Virus record (IMG/VR): IMGVR_UViG_3300031938_000024
Coordinates: 1-28,869 of that record
Reading direction: 5' to 3' (one strand)
Length of the DNA stretch: 28,869 nt
Source of the DNA: a virus
Lineage: Duplodnaviria > Caudoviricetes
Part shown: piece by piece, positions 18,829 through 25,909 of the stretch
How the letters are laid out: the number at the start of each line of letters is the position of its first letter
Numbering within the stretch: the first letter of the stretch is position 1
Notes under the pieces: model-generated
What the model was told of the DNA's origin: nothing
What the model saw: the letters and a program-made list of their open reading frames with translations, nothing else
The model's database searches: none
Translations under genes and position numbers: made by a program

Positions 18829-19426
18829 GTCGAAACGGCGGCGCTTCGGCGTCGCGCTGCTGCTGATCCTCGTGAACTCGTCCGCGATCCTCGGCGTCAT
18901 CGCGCTCGGCGTCGTCGCCTACCAGCAGGGCGAGCGAGCAACTCACGCCGAGGCGACAGCCGCGGCCGAAGCCGAGCAGCGCGACGCCGAGGCGACGGAG
19001 CGGGGCGAAGCGATCGAGGCTCTCCGCGAGCAGGTGCTCGAGCTCGGCGAAGAACCCGTCGTCGACCCCGTGCCTGAGTCGACGAGTCCCACCGTGATCA
19101 ACGGGAAAGACGGCAAGGATGCACCGCCGCCCACCGCCGATCAGCTGCTCGCCGCCGTGCAGCAGTGTTTCGCCGCCGGGCTGTGCACCGCGCCGAAGGG
19201 CGACCCCGGCGCGACAGGCGGCACCGGAGGGCAAGGCCCACCCGGCAACGACTCGACCATCGCAGGCCCGTCCGGCATCGGCATCTCCACCATCACGTGC
19301 ATGGACGACGGCGCCTGGCGCTTCACCATGACCGACGGCACCACTCGCGACACCCCCGGCCCGTGCCGGATCACACCCACCCCCGAACCCACGCCCGATC
19401 CTCCCGAAGGAGCACCCACACCATGA
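18821..19426 (+). CDS. Membrane-anchored protein with short collagen-like repeats
   Basis: GGAGGG RBS before ATG 18821; TM helix, coiled coil, GDPGATGGTGGQGPPGND, two Cys pairs. Confidence 0.75.
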   Translation: MTESKRRRFGVALLLILVNSSAILGVIALGVVAYQQGERATHAEATAAAEAEQRDAEATERGEAIEALREQVLELGEEPVVDPVPESTSPTVINGKDGKDAPPPTADQLLAAVQQCFAAGLCTAPKGDPGATGGTGGQGPPGNDSTIAGPSGIGISTITCMDDGAWRFTMTDGTTRDTPGPCRITPTPEPTPDPPEGAPTP

Positions 19427-19899
19427 GCAAACTCACCAGTCTCGAGTGGTGGAAGGCAGCGCTCGTCCGCGCCGCCTACACCGCCATCGCCATCGCGATC
19501 CCGTACATCGCAGCGGTCAAGTTCGCCGACGTGCCGTGGCTCATGGTCGCGTCGGCCGCATCCGTCGGCGCGATCCTCTCGATCGCCACCTCGCTGTTCG
19601 GCCTCCCCGAATCGGAGGGAACCGACCTGCCGTGGTGGCTCGCCGCCCTCGAGCGCGTCGCAAAGACCTTCGGGCAGTCGCTCGCCGCCGGCCTCACCGG
19701 CGCGACCTTCCTCGCCGACGTCGACTGGACAGTCGTCCTGCAGGCCGCACTCGGAGCGGCGTTCATCTCGCTGCTGCGCCTCATCCTCGCGACGCTGCCG
19801 AACGACCCGAGCCCGAGTATCGCGATGGTCGAGACCGTCGAGGGAAGCTGGGTGCGCGACGACGACGCACCCTCGAGCCGCGCCTCGCAGGTGATCTGA
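19423..19899 (+). CDS. Holin, r1t-like, tandem two-domain
   Basis: AAGGAG RBS with ATGA overlap; WWKAALVRAAYT...DVPW and WWLAALERVAKT...DVDW repeats. Confidence 0.82.
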   Translation: MSKLTSLEWWKAALVRAAYTAIAIAIPYIAAVKFADVPWLMVASAASVGAILSIATSLFGLPESEGTDLPWWLAALERVAKTFGQSLAAGLTGATFLADVDWTVVLQAALGAAFISLLRLILATLPNDPSPSIAMVETVEGSWVRDDDAPSSRASQVI

Positions 19900-19923
19900 G
19901 TAACAGCGCACGGCGCACCCGAT

Positions 19924-19960
19924 GACCCCCACCCAGCTTCGGCCGGGTGGGGGTCGTTTG
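19924..19960 (+). terminator. Intrinsic terminator ending the late operon
   Basis: GACCCCCACCC...GGGTGGGGGTC 11-bp stem followed by GTTTG. Confidence 0.75.
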
Positions 19961-19971
19961 CGCGTTCGCGG

Positions 19972-20048
19972 TGACACGTCGCGATTCACCACGGCGACGC
20001 GTCGCGCGCGGCCGCCGACCTGTCGCGCGTGACTCGGGCGACGCGTCG
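19972..20048. repeat. Four phased palindromes CGAC-NN-GTCG
   Basis: TGACACGTCG 19972, CGACGCGTCG 19995, CGACCTGTCG 20016, CGACGCGTCG 20039 (spacing 23/21/23). Confidence 0.6.
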
Positions 20049-20072
20049 TGTCGCGCCGGCGAGTCGCGACCT

Positions 20073-20381
20073 CTACATGCCGCGCTGGATACTGAGCGGC
20101 GGCGTGCTGTGGTTGGGGAGTGAGCGTCGGTGGACGCCGAGCGCGAGCCACGGCTCAAGCCCGGGGAGCTCGCGCAGCGCCGTGCATAGCACGCGGGTGT
20201 AGTCGTCCTCGAAGAACCCGACCCACGTCCCAACGGACTCGGTGAGCAAGTCGACGCGGTCGCCTGCTGTGGCGCGGAGCTCGTCGATCACCGGCGCGGG
20301 ATCTGTCGTGTACCGATTGCGCGAGCAGATCGCGTCGAGCGTGACGGTCAACATGGCATCGGGTGTGAGCCCTCGGGGCAT
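20073..20381 (-). CDS. Hypothetical protein (102 aa)
   Basis: GAGGAAGGA upstream of ATG 20381; MPRGLTPDAMLTVTLDAICSRNRY... Confidence 0.7.
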   Translation of the reverse strand: MPRGLTPDAMLTVTLDAICSRNRYTTDPAPVIDELRATAGDRVDLLTESVGTWVGFFEDDYTRVLCTALRELPGLEPWLALGVHRRSLPNHSTPPLSIQRGM

Positions 20382-20418
20382 GGCCGGATCATCCTTCCTC
20401 CGGCCGAGACGATCGAGT

Positions 20419-20610
20419 CTAGGCGCTTGGGCCGACATCTGCCTTCGACCGGGTCGGGACGAACGCGCGAACGATGAGCCAGAGAACAACCCCTACGAGG
20501 CCCGCTCCGAGGAGGGCCATGACCGCGGCCGCCGTGCCGCCGGTGATGATCCCGATCGTTACAGCGAAGGCGAGGGCGAGGATCGCGTACACCGCGAGGA
20601 AGATCCGCAT
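20419..20610 (-). CDS. Small two-TM membrane protein (63 aa)
   Basis: MRIFLAVYAILALAFAVTIGIITGG...LLGAGLVGVVLWLIVRAF. Confidence 0.65.
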   Translation of the reverse strand: MRIFLAVYAILALAFAVTIGIITGGTAAAVMALLGAGLVGVVLWLIVRAFVPTRSKADVGPSA

Positions 20611-20667
20611 GCTGACCACGATCCCACACGCGTCGAGCGGCGGCAATCAGGGCCGCGGCTGGTCGTG

Positions 20668-20716
20668 GGGATCAGGGGCGCGTCACGTTCCTGACCGGTG
20701 TCTGATCCTGCGCGGG
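20668..20716. other. att-like recombination site A (serine integrase type), central dinucleotide TT at 20688-20689
   Basis: GGGATCAGG-ggcgc-GTCACG-tt-CCTGAC-cggtg-TCTGATCC-TGCGCGGG; 13/20 arm symmetry; same geometry as the site at 23542. Confidence 0.7.
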
Positions 20717-20875
20717 ATTAGAGCGCATTCACACCGGTGACAGGTGGCGCGCCCTGGCGAGGCGACGGCAGGGATCAAAGGGTCTCTCTGGCAAGCGCGG
20801 CCGGTGAAGCTACTCCCATGCGGGGCGCTCGTCAATCCTGTTGGTAGTTCCTACCCTGCTGGACAAGATCGGCGC

Positions 20876-21364
20876 ATGAACGCTCGTCCATACTGTTCGC
20901 GAGTCCTTTCGGCGATGGCCGGGTTCGCGACACTTGCCGCTCTGCTATCCGGATGCAGTGTGTCTATTCCCTCGGATCCTGAAGGAACGCTGACGGCGGT
21001 GCGAGGGGGAGAACTTCATGTTGGGGTGTCGCCCGATCCTCCTTTGGTCGTCGGCAGCGGCGGGACTCCTACCGGAAGTGTCGTCGATCTGGTGGAGGGT
21101 TTCGCTGCGAGTCTGGATGCAGAGCCAGAGTGGACGGTGGCGACGGAGGAGACGCTTGTCGGGATGCTGGAGGACGGAGATCTCGATCTCATCGCCGGCG
21201 GGATCACCTCGGATACTCCGTGGTTGGAGCGTGCGGGGGTGACTCGCAGCTTCACCGGGGTCGATGGAGCGGACGGTCGTGAGCTCGTGATGTTGGTCCC
21301 TCTCGGAGAGAATGCATTCCTGTCGACGCTCGAGCGATTCCTTGATGAAGAGGCGAACGAATGA
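20876..21364 (+). CDS. Lipoprotein, short solute-binding-protein (family 3)-like fold
   Basis: Lipobox LLSG/C; GELHVGVS, LVEGFAASLDA, LEDGDLDLIAGGIT motifs; overlaps the next gene (ATGA). Confidence 0.75.
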   Translation: MNARPYCSRVLSAMAGFATLAALLSGCSVSIPSDPEGTLTAVRGGELHVGVSPDPPLVVGSGGTPTGSVVDLVEGFAASLDAEPEWTVATEETLVGMLEDGDLDLIAGGITSDTPWLERAGVTRSFTGVDGADGRELVMLVPLGENAFLSTLERFLDEEANE

Positions 21365-22338
21365 AACGCCTCCACGAGTTCGGGCGCGCGGATCTGCCTC
21401 ACGAACAGACAGAAGCACTGCGCAAGGCAATCCGCTGGGAGTGGTTCACCATCGCGTACACGAGCGTGACCATCGCGGTCATCGCCCTCGTCGTCGGCAA
21501 CTCGCAGGCGATGCGCACCGCCTGGATCGAGGACATGCTGTCGCTGATCCCGCAGTTCGCGTTCCTGATCGCGTTGCTGTTCGTGCGCCGGAGGCCGACT
21601 CGTACTCACCCGTACGGCATGCATCGAGCGATGGGTATCGGGCACTTGGTCGCCGGCGTCGCGCTCTTCGTGGTCGGCGCGAATCTCGCGGTCGAGTCGG
21701 CGCTCGGGTTGATCGCCGGTGAGCATCCGACGATCGGAACAGTGCAGATCTGGGGTCAGACGATCTGGCTGGGTTGGTTGATGGTCGGGGTGATGGCCGT
21801 CGTCATCGTCGGCCCCATCTTCTTTTACGGTCCGGCCAAGGCGAAGCTCGCACCCGTCCTGCACAACAAGCTGCTCTACGCGGACGCTGATATGGCGAAA
21901 GCGGATTGGCAGACGACGGTCGCATCCATCGTCGGCGTTCTCGGGGTCGGCGTCGGCGTGTGGTGGCTCGACGGGGCCGCGGCGATCTTCATCTCCCTCG
22001 GGATCATCTGGGATGGCGTGCGGAACACGAAGGCCGCGGTGGTCGATTTGATGGACGAGCGCGCCCGCACCTACGACAGCAAGAAACCTCACCCGCTCGC
22101 CGGTGACATCGTCGCTCACCTTCGTGCGCAGCCGTGGGTGACAGATGCTGCTGTCCGCCTCCGTGACCAAGGGCAGGTGTTTCATGTCGAAGCATTCGTC
22201 GTTCCCCGCCGCGGAAAAGTCGCGGCCCGTGACATCACCGCGGCGGCGGAAGCGATCGCCGCCCTGGACTGGAAGATGCAGGATGTCGTCATCGTGCCCG
22301 CCGAACAGCTGCCGGATGAGGCAGATCCCGGGCGCTGA
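21361..22338 (+). CDS. Cation diffusion facilitator (cation efflux) family transporter
   Basis: About six TM helices; S.AM...WIED, PT..HPYG..R, LYADA..AKADW, WWLDG.AA, C-terminal RLRDQGQVFHVE. Confidence 0.85.
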   Translation: MKRLHEFGRADLPHEQTEALRKAIRWEWFTIAYTSVTIAVIALVVGNSQAMRTAWIEDMLSLIPQFAFLIALLFVRRRPTRTHPYGMHRAMGIGHLVAGVALFVVGANLAVESALGLIAGEHPTIGTVQIWGQTIWLGWLMVGVMAVVIVGPIFFYGPAKAKLAPVLHNKLLYADADMAKADWQTTVASIVGVLGVGVGVWWLDGAAAIFISLGIIWDGVRNTKAAVVDLMDERARTYDSKKPHPLAGDIVAHLRAQPWVTDAAVRLRDQGQVFHVEAFVVPRRGKVAARDITAAAEAIAALDWKMQDVVIVPAEQLPDEADPGR

Positions 22339-22391
22339 TGTCCGACACGCGCTGCACGTGCTAGCTCGACGATCGCTGATTTTCAAGGGTC

Positions 22392-22420
22392 TAGACCAAT
22401 ATTCCGGGCGCTCTTAACTT
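22392..22420 (+). promoter_or_regulatory. Putative sigma-A-type promoter
   Basis: TAGACC-N17-TAACTT, about 110 bp upstream of ATG 22532. Confidence 0.45.
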
Positions 22421-22430
22421 GGTCGCAGAT

Positions 22431-22524
22431 CTGGTGGACGACGAGTAGCCCGTTCCCCGAGGTGCGATCCCCGCGCCCTCACCGGCCACTCTCGCCGCCA
22501 GCAAATGGTCCTTTGAGAGTGGAG
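22431..22524 (+). ncRNA. Candidate structured 5' leader with alternative RBS-sequestering fold
   Basis: 22431-22446 pairs with 22488-22501; alternatively CCACTCTC 22486-22493 pairs with GAGAGTGG 22515-22522, overlapping the RBS. Confidence 0.4.
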
Positions 22525-22531
22525 TACCGCA

Positions 22532-22813
22532 ATGTCTGACCCCAGGTTCGAGCTTCGGAAGATCACCGACACTGAATGGCTGATCCTCGACCACAAATAC
22601 GCTGCGCACGACGCCCGCCAGACGGTGGCCTGCATCTACCAGGTCGACACCGTCGAGGTCGACGTCATCTGGCTGCGCGACCTCCCGCTGGCGAACTGCT
22701 ACATGTCCGCTGGCGACGTCCTCAGCGACCTCCAGCGCTTCCACGCGACGCCCGACCGAACCACCGCCCCGATCACCATCCCCCACCTGCCCCCGTTGGC
22801 GCCGACCGCCTGA
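22532..22813 (+). CDS. Hypothetical protein (93 aa)
   Basis: GGAG RBS; MSDPRFELRKITDTEWLILD...VACIY...VIWL; GC3-rich codons. Confidence 0.75.
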   Translation: MSDPRFELRKITDTEWLILDHKYAAHDARQTVACIYQVDTVEVDVIWLRDLPLANCYMSAGDVLSDLQRFHATPDRTTAPITIPHLPPLAPTA

Positions 22814-22822
22814 GGTTTAGTC

Positions 22823-23152
22823 ATGGGCACATTCCTGTACGACGGCGGCATCAAAACGGAGATCGAAGATCGGGCGCTTGCCCACATCCAACTCGTGATC
22901 TCAGCGAAGCTCCGACGCGGAGAGCCATTCGCGTTCACCTGGCGTGAGGACATGAGCGTCGGTGGCGGGCGAACCAGCGTGTGGGTTCACCCCGGGAGCG
23001 CGCTCGTCTTTAAGTTCCACGGAAGCCGGCAACCGTCGATCAACCGACGATGGGTTGACGCTCTGGCATACGCAGCGAATTCCCCGGGCGGTCTATACCT
23101 CATGTCGGAAGAGACCGCAGAAGCATCGGCGGAGCACCAAACCCACGCCTGA
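22823..23152 (+). CDS. Microbacteriaceae small protein (DUF7882-like, recalled), copy 1
   Basis: GAGG RBS; IEDRALAH...KLRRGEPF...W...GRTSVWVHP...ANSPGGL. Confidence 0.8.
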   Translation: MGTFLYDGGIKTEIEDRALAHIQLVISAKLRRGEPFAFTWREDMSVGGGRTSVWVHPGSALVFKFHGSRQPSINRRWVDALAYAANSPGGLYLMSEETAEASAEHQTHA

Positions 23153-23161
23153 TCGGGGCGC

Positions 23162-23488
23162 CTAGGCGTCGGCGTCAGGCTCAGGGGTTTCGAGAACCTC
23201 ATCAACGAGCATGATGCCGCCAGTCGAGTTCGCGGAATGCATCAGTTCCTCGATCCACTTCACATTCAACTGCGGCGCCTCGGGTTCGTCGAACGTGAAG
23301 CGGAGCGGGATCGAAGGGTGAATCCAGATCGTCGAACGCCCTGCCGGGTCACCCTCCGGGTGCTTCCACGACAGCGTGAAACTCTCGTTTCTGCGGAGCT
23401 TTGTCGCAATGACCACCTTGAGGTGTGCGAGTGCCCGGTCCTCGATATGCACGGGATCGTTTGCCGCGCCGTAGTGAAGAGTTGCCAT
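23162..23488 (-). CDS. Microbacteriaceae small protein (DUF7882-like, recalled), copy 2
   Basis: IEDRALAH...KLRRNESF...W...GRSTIWIHP...ANSTGGI; TATGGT 6 nt before the ATG suggests leaderless mRNA. Confidence 0.8.
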   Translation of the reverse strand: MATLHYGAANDPVHIEDRALAHLKVVIATKLRRNESFTLSWKHPEGDPAGRSTIWIHPSIPLRFTFDEPEAPQLNVKWIEELMHSANSTGGIMLVDEVLETPEPDADA

Positions 23489-23533
23489 GCTCTCACCATA
23501 CTTAGTCCGCGCGACGGCGCTACGACGCCGCCG

Positions 23534-23591
23534 CCCGCGCAGGGATCAGAACCCATTCACGCTCGTGACTATGTCCTGATCCCACCGCGGG
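23534..23591. other. att-like recombination site B next to the integrase 3' end, central dinucleotide CT at 23562-23563
   Basis: CCCGCG-ca-GGGATCAGA-accca-TTCACG-ct-CGTGAC-tatgt-CCTGATCCC-ac-CGCGGG; 22/28 arm symmetry; 3 bp from the int stop codon. Confidence 0.8.
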
Positions 23592-23594
23592 AAA

Positions 23595-25040
23595 TCAGGA
23601 CTCGTGCGGGACGATTTCGATCCGGGCGTGCGGTCGACCCGGGGTGACCTCGACTCGCGCGATGAGCGAGCGTAGGTACTCTCGGCGCTCCTCGACAGTG
23701 AGGTCACTCCAACGCTCGAGAAGGACGGGCAGCACGCGAAGCGGTGCGGACTGCTGGACTTCGGTCGTCCGGAGCTCCTGCTCGAGCGCAGTTGCCTGCG
23801 TCGCGTATCGGTCGCGCAGCGTCTCATAAGCCGCTTGCGGCATGCCCATGCTGAGGCGCTGCTCGACGAGCATCACCTGCCGGTTGGCAAGGTCCGCGAG
23901 CTGCCGCTTTAGATCGGCGGTGGGGTCTGCCGTAACTCGACGGGGGCGTCGCTCGATGCCTGCGCGCACCTCGGAGCGGACCCGTGACTCGTGCTCGTGC
24001 AGCCAGGCGCGCACGGCGTCGTCGATGAGCGACTGTGCGACGTAGCCGCCGTCATGGGTGCCCTTCTCCTTGCCGTCTTTGCACCGGTACGATTGCTCTC
24101 GGTCCTGGCCGTGGGTGCCACCGTGCATCTTCGATCCGCACGCGCACCAGACCATGCCCGAGTAAGCGTAGGTCGAGCGTTCAGATCGCCGGTAGACGCG
24201 TCGGCGGCCGCGAGCCTCGAGGTACGCGCTCCACTCGTCGTCGGTGATGAGCGCCTCGTGGATGCCGCGCTTCTGTTCGCCTTGATAGGTGATCAACCCG
24301 GCGGCGAACCCCGAGTCGAGCACACGACGAAGGGTGCGTTCGGACCACAAGCCGTCGCCTTTACCGCCGTAGCCAGCGACAGGGCGCGTGGGGCCAGTGT
24401 TCAACCAACGCACGAGAGCGTAAACGCTCTCGCCCGAGATGTAGCGGCGGTAGGTCTCGGCGAGCACTGCGCCGGTGATCGGGTCTGGGGTGAAGCCATC
24501 GGCGGGCGAGTATGCGTATCCGAATCGCGGCTTGCCGTTGATCGGCTTTCCCTCGCGGAATCGTCGAGAGTGGGCTTCGCGCCAAGTGTCCCCGATGAGG
24601 TCCGCCTGATATGCGTTGAACTCGCCGACCATGCCGCGGGCGAGGCGTCCGTGTGAGGTGCGATCGTCGATCGGTTCGGTTGCGGAGAGGAGCCCACCGC
24701 CGAGCGCGTCGACTCGGTCAAGGGCGACCGCCCACCGCAGGCGGTGGCGCGCGGTGCGGGAGAACTTCCAGACGACGATGACCTCGAACTCGCCGGCCTC
24801 GAGCCGCTCGATCGACTGATCGAGTCGCGGCCACCACGCCGAGCGAGCCCGCGAGCCTGTCTCGTCGATGCCCTCGACCCAGTCGACGATGTCGATACCG
24901 TTCGAGGCTGCGTACGATTCGATCGCGTGCCGCTGTACCTCCGGGGAGGTCATGCCGTCACGCTCGCGCGAGACGCGGATCATTCCGAGGCCGCGCCGAC
25001 GCGATGGAGCGGCGGCAAGGTGGCGGCGCGCGCTCGGCAC
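23595..25040 (-). CDS. int: Large serine recombinase (integrase), 481 aa
   Basis: Catalytic IRVS, S..VQ, SRTAR, RFGY recombinase domain, CACG...YRC zinc ribbon, coiled coil; GTG start overlaps the upstream TAG. Confidence 0.95.
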   Translation of the reverse strand: MPSARRHLAAAPSRRRGLGMIRVSRERDGMTSPEVQRHAIESYAASNGIDIVDWVEGIDETGSRARSAWWPRLDQSIERLEAGEFEVIVVWKFSRTARHRLRWAVALDRVDALGGGLLSATEPIDDRTSHGRLARGMVGEFNAYQADLIGDTWREAHSRRFREGKPINGKPRFGYAYSPADGFTPDPITGAVLAETYRRYISGESVYALVRWLNTGPTRPVAGYGGKGDGLWSERTLRRVLDSGFAAGLITYQGEQKRGIHEALITDDEWSAYLEARGRRRVYRRSERSTYAYSGMVWCACGSKMHGGTHGQDREQSYRCKDGKEKGTHDGGYVAQSLIDDAVRAWLHEHESRVRSEVRAGIERRPRRVTADPTADLKRQLADLANRQVMLVEQRLSMGMPQAAYETLRDRYATQATALEQELRTTEVQQSAPLRVLPVLLERWSDLTVEERREYLRSLIARVEVTPGRPHARIEIVPHES

Positions 25041-25498
25041 TATGCCACCCCGATGCGGTGCGCCCACTGTCCGGCGCCCATCTTCGGCGCGACGTAGACA
25101 TCCTCGCCGATACGGATGAGCACTCGGCGGAACGCTTCGACGAGGTCCGTCGTGACGTGCAATGCGATAGCCATCGCCTCGAGGTGACCCTCGTGTCGAG
25201 CTTCTTCGACGCGATAGTCGTGAGGATCGATCAGACGCATTGCCGCCCACTCGTCAGCACGCCGCTCCTGCTTCGCGTTGATCGGTCCGAACATCGATGG
25301 CGTGTCTCCGAAGGCCGCATGACATGCCTCGTGCGCGAGCGTACTCACGTAGCGCCGGAATCGCAGGTCGTGCTGGATGCGGATCAGCCGCTCGTCGTGC
25401 AGATATTCGCCATCGCGATCATCTGGCAGGTCACAGAACTCGACCCGCACTCCGATCGAATCGAGCCCGTCGTATAGCTCGAGAATTTTCGAGTCCAT
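25040..25498 (-). CDS. ImmA/IrrE-family metallopeptidase (anti-repressor protease)
   Basis: TLAHEACHA (HExxH) and ERRADEWAAMRLI motifs; between repressor and integrase. Confidence 0.9.
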   Translation of the reverse strand: MDSKILELYDGLDSIGVRVEFCDLPDDRDGEYLHDERLIRIQHDLRFRRYVSTLAHEACHAAFGDTPSMFGPINAKQERRADEWAAMRLIDPHDYRVEEARHEGHLEAMAIALHVTTDLVEAFRRVLIRIGEDVYVAPKMGAGQWAHRIGVA

Positions 25499-25879
25499 TC
25501 AGAACTCCCCCTCGTCCCCTCCGGGGTCGCGAGACTTCTTCTTTGCGACCGCTCGCCTATCCTCCGTGGAGCCTCTGACACCGAAGTTCCCGGGGATGAC
25601 GTTGCCGCCTGCGGCCGCCGCCTGGGCGCGCTCGATCAGCTGCACCTCGGTGACGCCGAGTGCGCCGGAGATCGCCGCGAGATCCCAGATGTTGAGCACG
25701 ACGCGGCGGCCGGTCTTCACGTTCCCGCCGTCGAGGCGGTCGGACATGTACTGCGACGACTTGTTGATCAGACGACCCAACGCGCGAGAGGAGAGGGACT
25801 GACGACCCATCTCGGCTTTGATCTCGGTAACGAGGGCATCGGCGAAGAGTTCTGCAAGCTCTAGTTCTGACACGCCCAT
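25499..25879 (-). CDS. Immunity repressor (XRE-type HTH); start may be 25882, 25879 or GTG 25873
   Basis: LSSRALGRLINKSSQYMSDRL HTH and LAAISGALGV; divergent from the Cro-like gene. Confidence 0.85.
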   Translation of the reverse strand: MGVSELELAELFADALVTEIKAEMGRQSLSSRALGRLINKSSQYMSDRLDGGNVKTGRRVVLNIWDLAAISGALGVTEVQLIERAQAAAAGGNVIPGNFGVRGSTEDRRAVAKKKSRDPGGDEGEF

Positions 25880-25880
25880 C

Positions 25881-25909
25881 ATTCTGCCGTGTGCATGAAT
25901 TTTGCACAA
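25881..25909 (-). promoter_or_regulatory. Leftward (lysogenic) promoter
   Basis: TTGTGC-N17-CAGAAT on the minus strand, 7 nt before in-frame GTG 25873 (leaderless). Confidence 0.55.

Noticed and set aside
19960-20072. Possible CRISPR array
   Set aside because: Repeats are 10 bp with 11-13 bp gaps, and there are no cas genes
20768-20812. GCAGGGATCA as a possible third att site
   Set aside because: Only the outer motif matches; no inner TCA motif and no opposite arm at the right spacing
22420-22530. tRNA or tRNA fragment as an integration target
   Set aside because: No cloverleaf, T-loop consensus or CCA end could be built
25041-25250. N-terminal extension of the 551-aa integrase ORF
   Set aside because: Overlaps the ImmA gene; GTG 25040, coupled to the ImmA stop, puts the catalytic Ser near the N-terminus as expected
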